Assembly: GCA_902776615.1 (NCBI GenBank)
Contig: CACYQU010000006.1
Span: 7,757-71,756 of the forward strand
Direction of reading: 5' to 3'
From: an uncultured bacterium
GTDB taxonomy: Bacteria > Verrucomicrobiota > Kiritimatiellia > RFP12 > UBA1067
Length of the DNA stretch: 64,000 nucleotides
Shown here: in pieces, positions 1-10,125 of the stretch
Layout: every line of letters starts with the position of its first letter
Numbering within the stretch: position 1 is the first letter of the stretch
Made by a program: the position numbers and the translations under genes
The notes under the pieces: model-generated
The model's database searches: none
What the model was told of the DNA's origin: nothing
What the model saw: the letters and a program-made list of their open reading frames with translations, nothing else

Positions 1-57
1 GACACGGAAGGCCGCGTCGATTCGTTCAAGAAGCGTTACGCGAAGTTCGCCAAGTAA
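1..57 (+). CDS. rpmE: 50S ribosomal protein L31, last 18 codons (gene starts upstream of window)
   Basis: Frame-1 translation DTEGRVDSFKKRYAKFAK-stop resembles the conserved L31 C-terminus (GRV..F.KR); lies directly upstream of prfA. Confidence 0.55.
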   Translation, partial: DTEGRVDSFKKRYAKFAK

Positions 58-60
58 GCT

Positions 61-1140
61 TTGCTCGATACAGGGAAGATAAAAAGCGTATTGGGTCGTT
101 TGGCGTCCGTCGAGTCGGACCTGAGCGACCCATGTGTTTTGTCCGACGCGAAGCGCTACCGCGCCGCGTTGCGCGACCATGCTTTTCTCAAGAAGCTTGA
201 AGCTTCCTACGCGGCTTACGAGAAGACGCTGTCGGACATTTCGGGGAACGAGGCGCTTCTGGACGATCCCGATTTCAAGGACGAGGCCGCTGCAGAGATA
301 GATGCGCTCAAGGCCAGGATTCCCGAGCTGGAGCACCGGCTTCTCGGTGCGCTTCTGCCGCCCGATCCGCTTGAACCCCGAAACGCGGTGATGGAAATAC
401 GCGCGGGGACCGGGGGAGAAGAGGCGGCTTTGTTCGCGGGCGACCTTTTCAGGATGTATTCGCGCTACTGCGAGGCGCACGGCTGGAAGGTGTCGGTCAT
501 GCATTCCAACGCGACATCGCTGGACGGATACAAGGAGATCGTCTTCACCGTCATCGGAGAAGGGGCGTTCGGGCGCTTCCGGTTCGAGTCGGGCGGCCAT
601 CGGGTGCAGCGCGTGCCGGAAACCGAAGCGCAGGGGCGCATACACACTTCCGCCGCTACTGTCATTGTTTTTCCTGAGGCGGATGAAGAGGACGAGCTTG
701 ACATCCCCGAAAAAGACATAAGAATCGACCTTTTTTGCGCAGGCGGCGCAGGCGGGCAGCATGTGAACAAGACCGAGAGCGCCGTTCGCATGACACATAT
801 CCCTACGGGGCTCGTCGCAGTCTGCCAGGACGAACGCTCGCAGCAGCGCAATCGCGAAAAGTGCTTCGCCACGCTGAAGGCGCGAATCCTCGATCTGCGG
901 CGGCGTGAAGAGGAGGCGAAGCTCGGGGCGGACCGTTTGACTCTGCGCGGTTCGGGCGACCGGTCGGAGCGCATCCGCACGTACAATTTCCCGCAGAACC
1001 GCATGACTGACCACCGCGTCGATCTTACCCTTTATTCGCTCGACCGCATCATTGAGGGCGACATGGATGAACTTCTCGACGCGCTTGTGCGCCGTGACCT
1101 CGACCAGCGCATAGCAGCCGCTCTCGCCCGCGCTTCATAA
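61..1140 (+). CDS. prfA: peptide chain release factor 1
   Basis: 359-aa ORF with GGQ motif (GGAGGQHVNKTESAVRMTHIPTG) and RF1-type P-x-T context RVQRVPETEAQGRIHTS; TTG start. Confidence 0.95.
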   Translation: MLDTGKIKSVLGRLASVESDLSDPCVLSDAKRYRAALRDHAFLKKLEASYAAYEKTLSDISGNEALLDDPDFKDEAAAEIDALKARIPELEHRLLGALLPPDPLEPRNAVMEIRAGTGGEEAALFAGDLFRMYSRYCEAHGWKVSVMHSNATSLDGYKEIVFTVIGEGAFGRFRFESGGHRVQRVPETEAQGRIHTSAATVIVFPEADEEDELDIPEKDIRIDLFCAGGAGGQHVNKTESAVRMTHIPTGLVAVCQDERSQQRNREKCFATLKARILDLRRREEEAKLGADRLTLRGSGDRSERIRTYNFPQNRMTDHRVDLTLYSLDRIIEGDMDELLDALVRRDLDQRIAAALARAS

Positions 1141-1175
1141 ACGCGCGCCGTTTCCATTTTCAGTTTGAGCGTGGA

Positions 1176-1230
1176 CGTACCGCTTCAACGTACCGCATCA
1201 ACGGCGGCACGGTGGAGAATATGGTATAAT
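1176..1230 (+). promoter_or_regulatory. candidate promoter/operator of the DUF4160-DUF2442 pair
   Basis: Tandem 13-bp direct repeats CGTACCGC(T/A)TCAA at 1176-1188 and 1189-1201, then extended -10 TGgTATAAT at 1222-1230; AAGGAG RBS at 1250-1255 before ATG 1263. Confidence 0.4.
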
Positions 1231-1262
1231 AAATGATTTGAAAAGTCTTAAGGAGTGCAAGC

Positions 1263-1544
1263 ATGGCAAAACTGGCATCATTTTTTGGCATCATCCTTTC
1301 AATGGAAAAGGAGGATTGCGAGCGTCACAAGAGCGCTCATGTACACGCATGGTATCAAGGCCATGCCGCATCTTTTGATGCACGGACGGGAAGGATGCTG
1401 GCCAAGGGCAAGAATGGTTTCCCGCGCAGGCAGGCGGGATGGATCAAGACGTGGATCGAGATTCATACCGACGATCTTTCTGCGGCATGGGAGATGCTTC
1501 GGCGAGGAATTACGCCGCCTGAGATTGCTCCGCTTTCGCGCTAA
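1263..1544 (+). CDS. DUF4160 domain protein
   Basis: 93 aa; FFGIILSMEKED..HK.AHVHAWYQGHAASFD...LPRRQ...WIEIH..DL..AWE pattern is typical of DUF4160 small proteins. Confidence 0.85.
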   Translation: MAKLASFFGIILSMEKEDCERHKSAHVHAWYQGHAASFDARTGRMLAKGKNGFPRRQAGWIKTWIEIHTDDLSAAWEMLRRGITPPEIAPLSR

Positions 1545-1556
1545 GGAGGTCATGAT

Positions 1557-1820
1557 ATGGAGCAGTTGCACTATGTGACAGAGGCAAAACCTTGCGGCGG
1601 ATATAACGTGAGGGTCCGTTTCGACACGGGGGAGAGCGGCGTGTTCGACTGCGAGTACCTGACCGCCGATCCTTATTGGCATCGTCTCACGGACGAGAGG
1701 TTCTTCAACACGGTCCGGGCCGATTATGGCACAATCGTATGGGATGACAACATAGACGTTGCGCCTGAATCCGTATGGGAACGAAGTGTGATTGCCGGCA
1801 AATCGAGTGTGAAAATGTAG
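1557..1820 (+). CDS. DUF2442 domain protein
   Basis: 87 aa; V.EAKP.GGY.V.V.F..GE.GVFD...YL....F..L.D...F..V....GTIVW.....D.APE pattern typical of DUF2442; 12 nt after the DUF4160 gene. Confidence 0.85.
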   Translation: MEQLHYVTEAKPCGGYNVRVRFDTGESGVFDCEYLTADPYWHRLTDERFFNTVRADYGTIVWDDNIDVAPESVWERSVIAGKSSVKM

Positions 1821-1923
1821 GGCGAGGCGTCACCCCTAGCGACATTGCTACGCAATGCTCGCTGCTCTCGGGGGATACCGCAGAGCCGCAAAGGAACAGA
1901 AACGATTTGAAAGGAATGCTGAA

Positions 1924-4900
1924 ATGACAAAGAAACTGATGATGATGGCTTTTGCGGCGGTTGCCGCGGCGTTCGGCGCATGGGCCGAGACGGAAACGGT
2001 CGGCGGCTACACGTGGAGGTACCAGATCAACGGCGACACGGCGAAGATTTTTTACAAAGGTTATTCGTATCCTGCCATCTCGCCCAAGCCTACTGGTGCC
2101 GTGACGATTCCCTCTACGCTCGGCGGCAAGCCCGTTACGAGCATCGGGGATTCTGCGTTCTTCCGTTGCAGCGGGCTTACGAGCGTTACGATACCTGACA
2201 GCGTGACGAGCATCGGGGATTATGCGTTCGAGGGTTGTAGCGGGCTTACGAGCGTGACGATACCAGACGGTGTGACAAGCATCGGATCTGATGCGTTCTA
2301 CGGCTGCAGCGGTCTTACAAGCGTTACGATACCAGACTCGGTGACTAGTATCGGGAATCATGCGTTCTCCTATTGCCGTAGTCTTACGGGCGTGACGATC
2401 GGCAACGGCGTGACGAACATCGGGTATTCTGCATTCTATGGTTGCAGCGGGCTTACGAGCGTGACGATACCTGACAGTGTTACGAGCATCGGGGAGGCTG
2501 CGTTCTACGATTGCAGCGGACTTACGAGCGTGACGATCGGCAACGACGTGACGAGCATCAGGGATTGGGCATTCCGAGGCTGCAGTGGGCTTACAAGCGT
2601 TACGATACCGAATAGTGTGACGAATATCGGGGAATGTGCGTTCTGCAACTGCAGCGGGCTTACGAGCGTGACGATACCCGACAGCGTGACGAGCATCGGG
2701 TCTTCGGCGTTCCCTGGCTGCAGTGGGCTTACGAGCGTGACGATCCCTGACAGCGTTACGAGCATCGGGGAATGTGCGTTCTCTGGTTGCAGCGGGCTGA
2801 CGAGCGTGACGATACCTGACAGCGTGACGCGCATCGGGGATTATGCGTTCTCCGACTGCAGCGGGCTGACGAGCGTGACGATACCGCAATACGTGTGCAC
2901 CAATAGATTGTCATCAGTGTTTTCATCTGCATATCAGTCCATCACCAATGTCGTCATTTCGGATAGCGTGACGAGCATCGGGGATAATTCGTTCTACGGT
3001 TGCAGCGGGCTTACGAGCGTGACGATACCCGACAGCGTGACGAATATCGGGGAATGTGCGTTCTACAACTGCAGCGGGCTTACGAGCGTGACGATACCCG
3101 GCAGCGTGACGAGCATCGGGGCTGTTGCGTTCTGGGACTGCAGCGGTCTTACAAGCGTGACGATAGGCAACGGCGTGACGACCATCGGGGTTCAGGCGTT
3201 CGACGGTTGCAGCGGGCTTACGAGCGTGACGATCCCGGACAGCGTGACGAGCATCGGGTCTTCTGCGTTCACGGGTTGTAGCGATTCGCTTTTCGACACG
3301 ACCACAATACCCGGCGTGGTGTTGGTGGATGGTTGGGCGGTTGGAAACACGGGCTCGCTTTCCGGAGACTTGAATCTGGCTGGTGCTCGCGGCATCGGAG
3401 GCTCTGCGTTCTTGTTGTGCAGCGGTCTTACGAGCGTGATGATCGGCAACGGCGTGACGAGCATAGGGGAAGGGGCGTTCTCCGATTGCTATGGGCTTAC
3501 GAGTGTGACGATTTCCGACAGCGTGACGAGCATCGGGAAAGGGGCGTTCTCCGTTTGCGACGGGCTTAGGAGCGTGCATATAACCGATCTTGCGAAATGG
3601 TGTAACAGTTCGTTTGGCGCATGCTTCTGGAATGCATCATACAGTCTCTATCTTAATGACGAGAAGATTTCGGATTTGATTATCCCCGACAGCGTGACGA
3701 ATATCAGCAATTCTGCGTTCTCTGGTTGCAGTGGGCTTACGAGCGTGACGATGCCAGACAGCGTGACGAGCATCGGGGAACGGGCGTTCTACAACTGCAT
3801 AGGGCTTACTAGTCTGACAATCGGCAACGGCGTGATGAGCATCGGGCGGGGTGCGTTCTCCGGCTGCGGCGGGCTTGCGAGCGTGGCGATCCCGAACAGC
3901 GTGACGAGCGTCGGGGATGGGGCGTTCGATGGTTGCAGTAGGCTGACGAGCGTGACGATACCTGACAGCGTGACGAGCATCGGGTCTGAGGCGTTCTACG
4001 GCTGCAGCGGGCTTACGAGCGTGACGATACCGGACAGCGTGACGAGCATCGGGAATTATGCGTTCCAAGATTGCAGTGGGCTGACGAGTGTGACGATACC
4101 GGACAGTGTGACGAACATCGGGAATTATGCGTTCTACAACTGTACGAATGTGACGGATGTTGCTATTCCGGGGTGGAAATGCAGCATACCATTTGGTGCA
4201 GTGACAAATCTTATTATCAGCGATGGCACTGCGAGTATCCGCGATTCTGCGTTCTTTGGCTGCAGCGGGCTTACGAGCGTGACGATACCCGACAGCGTGA
4301 CGAGCATCGGGGATTATGCGTTCCGCGGCTGCAGCGGGCTGACGAGCGTGACGATTGGCAACGGCGTGACGAGTATCGGGTATGGTGCGTTCGATGGTTG
4401 CAGTAGGCTGACGAGCGTGACGATACCTGACAGCGTGACGAGCATAGGGTATTCTGCGTTCTCCGGTTGCGTGAACGTTATAAGTCTGACTGCGCCATAT
4501 TTTCCGTCAGGCTTGAATAAAAGCCAACCAATGAGCGTGACGATACCTGACGGCGTGACGAGCATCGGGGAAGAGGCGTTCTACGGCTGTAGCGGGCTTA
4601 CGAGCGTGACGATACCCGACAGCGTGACGAGCATCGGGGGATATGCGTTCTGCGATTGCAGTGGGCTGACAAGCGTGACGATCCCGAACAGCGTGACGAG
4701 CATTGGGTTAGAGGCGTTCTACGGCTGCAGCGGGCTGACGAGCGTGACGATACCGCAATATGTTCTTGACAGGCAAATCCATAATGTGTTTTCACCATGC
4801 TCGTCAATTACAAATGTCGCGTATTCTTCGGTCATAACAAATATCGGGGATTATGCGTTCTACGGCTGCAGCGGGCTTACGAGCGTGACGATACCTGACG

Positions 4901-7900
4901 GCGTGACGAGTATCGGGGGTTCTGCGTTTTACGGTTGCAGCGGGCTTAGGAGTGTGCATATTACTGATCTTTCGAAATGGTGCAGCAACTCGTTTGGTGG
5001 ATGCTTCGGGAATGCATACAATCTCTATCTTAATAACGAGAAGATTACGGATTTGATTATTCCTGCCAGCGTGACGAGCATCGGGTCTTCTGCGTTCTCC
5101 GGCTGCAGCGGGCTGACGAGCGTGACGATACCTGACAGCGTTACGAGCATCGGGTCTGGTGCGTTCGAGGGTTGTAGCGCTTCGCTTTATGACACTGCGA
5201 CGATTCCAGGAGTAAGGCTGGTGGATGGTTGGGCGGTTGGGAACACGGGCTCGCTTTCCGGAGACTTGAATCTGACTGGTGCTCGCGGTATTGGGTCTTC
5301 GGCGTTCTCCGGCTGCAGCGGTCTTACGAGCGTGACGATCCCGAACAGCGTGAATAGTATCGGTGCTGAAGCATTCAGTGGTTGCACTGGATTGACAAGT
5401 GTGGAAATACCATCTTCGGTAAGGAGGATTGGAGAGCATGCGTTCTACAATTGCAAGTCAATAACGAGTCTGAAATTGCCTGATGCCGCGTCTGATATAT
5501 CGTTCTCGGCGTTCGAGGGTTGCACGGGACTGTCCGGCGAGGACATTCCAGATCTTGGTGTTCCAGCGGCAAAGGAATGGGGGTTTGTCTCTTACGGCGG
5601 CGAGGCTCTGATTGTCGGAAGGGATATGGAGGAGACTCCGCATCCGGTGTTCCTGCCTGATCCTTGGATTGAAGTCGAGGCTGGTTATGCCTTTATATAT
5701 GCAAATTATTCAAGCGCGATTCCATCTGACACAAGCGGCGCGGTTTCCGTTCCGTCGATGGTCGGCGGGCTTCCCGTCACGACAATCGGAAAGTATGCGT
5801 TCTGCACTTGTAGCAATGTGACTGCGATAACCATTCCCGCAACCGTCAAACACATCGCAGCCGGAGCATTCAACGCTTGTAGAAGACTCGAAAAGATATC
5901 TGTTGCGGCGGGTAACTCTTCGTACAAGACGGTGAACGGACTGCTTCTTACCGCCGACGGAAAGCGCGTTGTGGCTGCTCCGCGCAAGATCGCGTCGGCT
6001 ACGATTCCGGCTGGTGTCGAATACATCGACGATTACGCATTATTCGGCTGTGAAAATATCACGGAAATCTCGATTCCGGAAGGAGTTGTCGGCGTCGGGG
6101 CAAAGGCATTCCTTGGGTGCAGATCGCTCTCGCGCGTATCACTGCCGGCATCCTTTAACGGATTCTTCTGTATGTATCAGTATTACGGGTTTTGGGAGAC
6201 TGAAAACAGCGACTGGGATTACGAAACAGACGAGCCTGAAGAATACAGATGGACATGGATTGGCGATGAATGGTATGAAGAGCTTGAGATGGAGGATTTC
6301 TACTCTTATCATCCATGGCAATGGGGAGAGGTCGTCAGACATACGGGTTACATCGCATCGTTCGGGTGTTGTGAATCATTGCAATCTATCGAAGTGGCGA
6401 CCGGAAACAAGATATATAAATCCGTTGACGGCGTTCTTCTACGCAGAGATGATGACGCGGTTGTGTGCTGTCCTGGCGGGTTGAAGTCTGCAACCATTGC
6501 GCCTTCAACGACAAAGATTGGCGAGTATGCTTTTTACGGGAACATGGCCTTGAAGGAAGTGGTGTTTGGCGGAAATGTAAAGTATGTGGACAAGGAAGCG
6601 TTTTGCGGATGCATATCGTTGACAAATATAGATTTCGGTGTGTGCGTATCGGATAGCCGCATAGTGTTTTACGGGGGTGCTCATTTCGCATGGTGCACAT
6701 CGCTTGAGAGCATCGCTCTGCCGGATCGAATGCTGAACTATCCAGAATCCATGTCAAGCGGAGGGAAGGGATCTGAGAATGAGACATTTGACGATATGCT
6801 ATATGCGGCAATCCCAGATTGGATGCTCGGACATTGCCATAAACTTAGAAACATCATTCTGCCTGATACGATCAAAGGAATTGGCGAATGTGCGTTCGCG
6901 TCATGCTGGGAACTGGAGAGAATTGCCATACCAGCCAGTGTCGAATGGTTGTCCGAAGGCGCATTTCAATGGTGCGAAAGACTGCGGAACGTTGAATTCA
7001 AAGGGAAATCGGCTGAAACAGATCTAGATGTTTTTTTAGAAGAGCGGTTTGGCTTTGATTCTAAGAGCTGGGAATTCGAAATGATTTTCCGGCTAACACC
7101 TTGGTTGTTGTCTTTTACTCCATTTGAGCTTTATGTCGAGAACGGCATTCTTCTCGGATTTCAGGGATGCTGCCCAGAAGAGTTGACGATACCAGACGGA
7201 GTGACGGAGATCGGCGACAGTGCTTTCGATTACGATGAGAATTTGTCAGTCATTGGACTGAAGAGGATTACGCTTCCCGCTGGACTCAAAAGAGTCGGGA
7301 AATGGGCGTTTTTTTGGGCTGGGCTGGAGGAAGTCGTGCTTCCGGAGGGTGTGACGGAACTTGGTGAGGGCGCGTTTCTGTCCTGCACAAACATGACCTC
7401 GCTGTCGCTGCCGCAGTCGTTGTCTGTTTTGAGCCCGTCGGCATTCCGCAACTGCGGTTCGCTCCGCGAAATCGTCATTCCCAAGAACATTGCGGAGTTT
7501 GGCGAGCGGGCGCTTGCGTATTGTGTCGGACTCGAAAAGATCGTATTTAAGGGTAATGCGCCCAAATACGGAGAAAACGCCTTCCTGAAAATCAATCCTA
7601 ATTGCACGGTATATGTCGTGCCCGGTTCAACTGGGTGGGATGTCTCAATTCCAGGAGAATGGAACAGAATGCGAATCGAGTATGCAGCAAACGGCGGAGA
7701 TGAGTCAGGATACGGTGGCGGTGCGACACCGGAAGAGCCGACGCCGGAGCCAGGGCCTGAACCCACGCCAATGCCAACACCGACTCCAACACCGACGCCG
7801 ACACCTGAGCCGACGCCAACTCCGGAACCGACTCCGACACCTGAGCCGACGCATGAGCCGACGCCGGAACCTACTCCGACGCCGGAACCTACTCCAACAC

Positions 7901-8511
7901 CAACACCGACTCCAACACCTGAGCCGACGCCTGAGCCGGTGGTTGTGCCCCAACTGCACGAAGACGCGGTTGTAGAGGGTGCGGCGCCGACGGTGGCGAG
8001 CGAGTATAATGGCTACTTGTACGACGAGAAGAGCGGGGCTGTGAAGGGCACGATTCAGGTCAAGATCGGCAAGCCCGGCAAGAAGGACGGCAAGGCCATG
8101 GTTAAGGATGGCCCGACGGAGATCGATCTTGTCGGCAAGGGCGCGGAGGATTGCAGTGTGATGCTCGGCGCTTACGGAATCATCGGCTACTACGGTGCGT
8201 ACGTCATCGACGGTGCGCGTAACATATTCTCGTCGAAGGACAAGGGTGATCTTGCGGATGCGAAAGACGCTCTCGACAAATGCCTCGGGTCGAGGATGGT
8301 CATTTGGGACGGCGGATCCGTCAGTGTCAGCATTGCGGCGAAGGGCAAGGTCAAGGTAAGCGGAACGCTCGCCAGCGGCGCTAAAGTCTCCGCAACCGCT
8401 GTGCTCCTGGTAGGCGAGGAGTGGAACTGCGTCTCTGTTGCCGCGCCGAAGGCGAATCTCTCGTTCGTGCTGTGGCTTTCGCGCGACGGCAAAACCACTA
8501 TATCTGCCTAA
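1924..8511 (+). CDS. giant secreted leucine-rich-repeat (BspA-like, LRR_5 type) surface protein with Pro/Thr-rich linker
   Basis: Start chosen at [21 protein letters not shown] signal peptide. Dozens of ~23-aa repeats [19 protein letters not shown] follow, then divergent LRR_5-like repeats, a PT-rich linker and a beta-rich C-terminal region. Confidence 0.9.
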   Translation: MTKKLMMMAFAAVAAAFGAWAETETVGGYTWRYQINGDTAKIFYKGYSYPAISPKPTGAVTIPSTLGGKPVTSIGDSAFFRCSGLTSVTIPDSVTSIGDYAFEGCSGLTSVTIPDGVTSIGSDAFYGCSGLTSVTIPDSVTSIGNHAFSYCRSLTGVTIGNGVTNIGYSAFYGCSGLTSVTIPDSVTSIGEAAFYDCSGLTSVTIGNDVTSIRDWAFRGCSGLTSVTIPNSVTNIGECAFCNCSGLTSVTIPDSVTSIGSSAFPGCSGLTSVTIPDSVTSIGECAFSGCSGLTSVTIPDSVTRIGDYAFSDCSGLTSVTIPQYVCTNRLSSVFSSAYQSITNVVISDSVTSIGDNSFYGCSGLTSVTIPDSVTNIGECAFYNCSGLTSVTIPGSVTSIGAVAFWDCSGLTSVTIGNGVTTIGVQAFDGCSGLTSVTIPDSVTSIGSSAFTGCSDSLFDTTTIPGVVLVDGWAVGNTGSLSGDLNLAGARGIGGSAFLLCSGLTSVMIGNGVTSIGEGAFSDCYGLTSVTISDSVTSIGKGAFSVCDGLRSVHITDLAKWCNSSFGACFWNASYSLYLNDEKISDLIIPDSVTNISNSAFSGCSGLTSVTMPDSVTSIGERAFYNCIGLTSLTIGNGVMSIGRGAFSGCGGLASVAIPNSVTSVGDGAFDGCSRLTSVTIPDSVTSIGSEAFYGCSGLTSVTIPDSVTSIGNYAFQDCSGLTSVTIPDSVTNIGNYAFYNCTNVTDVAIPGWKCSIPFGAVTNLIISDGTASIRDSAFFGCSGLTSVTIPDSVTSIGDYAFRGCSGLTSVTIGNGVTSIGYGAFDGCSRLTSVTIPDSVTSIGYSAFSGCVNVISLTAPYFPSGLNKSQPMSVTIPDGVTSIGEEAFYGCSGLTSVTIPDSVTSIGGYAFCDCSGLTSVTIPNSVTSIGLEAFYGCSGLTSVTIPQYVLDRQIHNVFSPCSSITNVAYSSVITNIGDYAFYGCSGLTSVTIPDGVTSIGGSAFYGCSGLRSVHITDLSKWCSNSFGGCFGNAYNLYLNNEKITDLIIPASVTSIGSSAFSGCSGLTSVTIPDSVTSIGSGAFEGCSASLYDTATIPGVRLVDGWAVGNTGSLSGDLNLTGARGIGSSAFSGCSGLTSVTIPNSVNSIGAEAFSGCTGLTSVEIPSSVRRIGEHAFYNCKSITSLKLPDAASDISFSAFEGCTGLSGEDIPDLGVPAAKEWGFVSYGGEALIVGRDMEETPHPVFLPDPWIEVEAGYAFIYANYSSAIPSDTSGAVSVPSMVGGLPVTTIGKYAFCTCSNVTAITIPATVKHIAAGAFNACRRLEKISVAAGNSSYKTVNGLLLTADGKRVVAAPRKIASATIPAGVEYIDDYALFGCENITEISIPEGVVGVGAKAFLGCRSLSRVSLPASFNGFFCMYQYYGFWETENSDWDYETDEPEEYRWTWIGDEWYEELEMEDFYSYHPWQWGEVVRHTGYIASFGCCESLQSIEVATGNKIYKSVDGVLLRRDDDAVVCCPGGLKSATIAPSTTKIGEYAFYGNMALKEVVFGGNVKYVDKEAFCGCISLTNIDFGVCVSDSRIVFYGGAHFAWCTSLESIALPDRMLNYPESMSSGGKGSENETFDDMLYAAIPDWMLGHCHKLRNIILPDTIKGIGECAFASCWELERIAIPASVEWLSEGAFQWCERLRNVEFKGKSAETDLDVFLEERFGFDSKSWEFEMIFRLTPWLLSFTPFELYVENGILLGFQGCCPEELTIPDGVTEIGDSAFDYDENLSVIGLKRITLPAGLKRVGKWAFFWAGLEEVVLPEGVTELGEGAFLSCTNMTSLSLPQSLSVLSPSAFRNCGSLREIVIPKNIAEFGERALAYCVGLEKIVFKGNAPKYGENAFLKINPNCTVYVVPGSTGWDVSIPGEWNRMRIEYAANGGDESGYGGGATPEEPTPEPGPEPTPMPTPTPTPTPTPEPTPTPEPTPTPEPTHEPTPEPTPTPEPTPTPTPTPTPEPTPEPVVVPQLHEDAVVEGAAPTVASEYNGYLYDEKSGAVKGTIQVKIGKPGKKDGKAMVKDGPTEIDLVGKGAEDCSVMLGAYGIIGYYGAYVIDGARNIFSSKDKGDLADAKDALDKCLGSRMVIWDGGSVSVSIAAKGKVKVSGTLASGAKVSATAVLLVGEEWNCVSVAAPKANLSFVLWLSRDGKTTISA
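2150..5430 (+). repeat. intragenic array of ~69-nt (23-aa) LRR units, including a ~1.9-kb segmental duplication
   Basis: GGCTGCAGCGGGCTTACGAGCGTGACGATACC-type units recur throughout. Longer blocks are duplicated: [23 protein letters not shown] at ~3310-3400 and ~5220-5300, and [15 protein letters not shown] at ~3570 and ~4950. Confidence 0.85.
7729..7950 (+). repeat. low-complexity Pro/Thr/Glu linker coding repeat (PTPEPTPTP...)
   Basis: Translation [69 protein letters not shown]; 6-nt periodic CCGAC(G/T)/CCAAC(A) DNA. Confidence 0.9.
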
Positions 8512-8803
8512 TGGCGTTCCTGTGACGAAGAAGGGGACGAAGTGGACTTTGCCCAAGGTCGGCAGAATCACGATGAAGAAAGGCGTCATCGACGTCTCGA
8601 AGGCGGGCGAGAACCCGTCCGGACTGAAGCTCACGTACAAGTCGTTGGACGGCACATTCAAGGGATTGTTCAAGGTCTATGCCGAGAACAAGGGCAAACT
8701 GAAGGCAACAACCGTCAATGTGACCGGCTTCCTGCTCAATGGCATTGGTTTCGGCACTGCGACAATCAAGAAGGTTGGCTCGGTATCGATTAGAATCGAG
8801 TAG
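8495..8803 (+). other. out-of-frame C-terminal continuation of the LRR protein (frameshift, pseudogene or assembly indel)
   Basis: The +1 frame reads [102 protein letters not shown], which is protein-like and continues the beta-rich domain. It has no own start or RBS. The junction is at the A4 run 8491-8494. Confidence 0.5.
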
Positions 8804-8813
8804 CCGTACTGCA

Positions 8814-8951
8814 GAGGCAATTGCAAAACCACGCGAATTCGGCGGGCTGACCCCAGCCCGCCGCGGCGGCGTGAGGTCACGCACCCCTGCATCCGCTCCG
8901 CGGACAGCCTTCGGCTGGGGGATATGCCCTACCAGGTTTTGCAATTGCCTC
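8814..8951. repeat. 138-bp element bounded by perfect 17-bp inverted repeats (MITE-like or large RNA stem-loop)
   Basis: GAGGCAATTGCAAAACC (8814-8830) and its exact reverse complement GGTTTTGCAATTGCCTC (8935-8951). The interior holds the hairpins GGCGGGCTG-ACCCC-CAGCCCGCC (8841-8863) and CAGCC-TTCG-GCTG. Confidence 0.7.
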
Positions 8952-8999
8952 GTTTGTGTTTGCTTCACCGCCGCACTCGCGGCAGATGAAGATGTTTAT

Positions 9000-9230
9000 G
9001 GTGGCAGGTCTGGCCGCCAGAGGTGGCAGGTCTAGCGTCCAGAGGTGGCAGGTCTAGCCGCTGGAGGTGGCAGGTCTGGCCGCCAGAGGTGGCAGGTCTG
9101 ACGGCTAGAGGTGGCAGGTCTGGCGCGCAGAGGTGGCAGGTCTAGCCCCCAGAGGTGGCAGGTCTGGCCGCCAGAGGTGGCAGGTCTGGCCGCCAAGGGT
9201 GGCAGGTCTAGCGGCCAGAGGTGGCAGGGG
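9000..9230. repeat. tandem array 1: 22-bp unit x 10 plus one partial copy
   Basis: Invariant 12-mer GGTGGCAGGTCT starts at 9000, 9022, 9044, 9066, 9088, 9110, 9132, 9154, 9176 and 9198 (partial at 9220), an exact 22-nt phase. It is separated by degenerate 10-mers (GGCCGCCAGA, AGCGTCCAGA, AGCCGCTGGA, GACGGCTAGA ...). Confidence 0.95.
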
Positions 9231-9427
9231 AAGGCCCTACACCTGGGAGAGCGCATAACTGGGGGCGCGGGCGTCCCGCCCGCGACTAAGGAAGGTTTTA
9301 GATCTTCCATCTGAGCGGGCGAGACGCCCACTCTCCCAGTGATGCGCCCCTCCCAATCCGATGTCGACGCGGCGGCATCGCAATTTGCCCTTAAGGGGGA
9401 CTTCCATTACCCGTAAGGGGTAGTGCA

Positions 9428-9559
9428 CTTCACCCTTAGGGTAAGTTCACTTCACCCTTAGGGTAAATTCGCTTCACCCTTAGGGTAAGTTCACTTCACC
9501 CTTAGGGTGAGTTCGCTTCACCCTTAGGGTGAGTTAAAGAACCCCTTAGGGTAAATTCG
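9428..9559. repeat. tandem array 2: a different 22-bp unit x 5 plus one degenerate copy
   Basis: CTTCACCCTTAGGGT(A/G)A(G/A)TT(C/A)(A/G) starts at 9428, 9450, 9472, 9494 and 9516, with a degenerate copy at 9538. Each unit contains the 11-bp odd-centred palindrome ACCCTTAGGGT. Confidence 0.95.
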
Positions 9560-9631
9560 AGCCCCCCTTGGTCTGCCGTGGAGACTGCCCCGCCTGCATG
9601 TCTCGAACACCACATCCCGTGGCATTTTGGT

Positions 9632-9663
9632 AAAAAAAGCGGGGACTGTCCCCGGTTGTTTTG
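9632..9663. terminator. bidirectional intrinsic terminator inside the gene-free segment
   Basis: A7 tract (9632-9638), stem CGGGGA / TCCCCG (9640-9645 / 9649-9654) with loop CTG, then GTTGTTTTG. Confidence 0.55.
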
Positions 9664-9940
9664 AGCGCAATGACGCATTTTGGCAACAGCGCTATCGTAG
9701 ACGCACTCAACCTAAAAACGGCAGTAGGGGACGAATTTTTTCTCACACCCTTTAGGTGATGTTTTGCTTCAAGTAAATTTGATGCATAGTTAGTTGTATT
9801 CGCAAGATTCCGAGCATTCTCTGCGCTTTCGGACTCTCTGCGTGAGACATTCAACTGACGAATCTAGGTTAAACTGCCTGAATCCCGAAGAAACGATGCA
9901 CTTTCGAAAAAAGGCAGTGACCGCCAGGCGGATACAGCAG

Positions 9941-10125
9941 TATCCGCCAAACGGACACACGTGTATACGCCAAACGGTCACACGTGTATCCGCCAAACGG
10001 ACACACGTGTATCCGCCAAACGGACACACGTGTATCCGCCAAACGGTCACACGTGTATCCGCCAAACGGACACACGTGTATCCGCCAAACGGACACACGT
10101 GTATCCGCCAGGCGGACACAAACAG
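9941..10125. repeat. tandem array 3: 23-bp unit x 7 plus one degenerate copy
   Basis: TATCCGCCAAACGG(A/T)CACACGTG starts at 9941, 9964, 9987, 10010, 10033, 10056, 10079 and 10102. Each junction forms the 8-bp palindrome ACACGTGT. The array is bracketed by CCGCCAGGCGG at 9921-9931 and 10105-10115. Confidence 0.95.

Noticed and set aside
1705-5439. Long minus-strand ORFs opposite the LRR gene (e.g. 1705-2889, 2923-3579, 3637-4068, 4804-5439)
   Set aside because: The repetitive [15 protein letters not shown]-type sequence is simply the antisense reading of the LRR repeats. The plus-strand product has a signal peptide and a recognisable fold family.
7230-8673. Minus-strand ORFs over the PT-linker and C-terminal region (7230-7766, 7598-7840, 7705-8673)
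   Set aside because: They are low-complexity antisense readings of the PT-coding repeat and the GC-rich 3' region of the LRR gene.
9000-10125. CRISPR array(s)
   Set aside because: The invariant cores are only 12-23 bp. The 'spacers' are 7-10 bp and are point variants of each other rather than unique sequences. The period of 22-23 bp is far below CRISPR repeat-plus-spacer length, and there are no cas genes in the window.
9941-10125. Chromosomal oriC (DnaA-box cluster)
   Set aside because: TATCCGCC matches the DnaA box TTATCCACA at only 6 of 9 positions. No dnaA or dnaN is nearby, and the flanking genes are co-oriented rather than divergent. It is kept only as a weak alternative within the iteron-like hypothesis.
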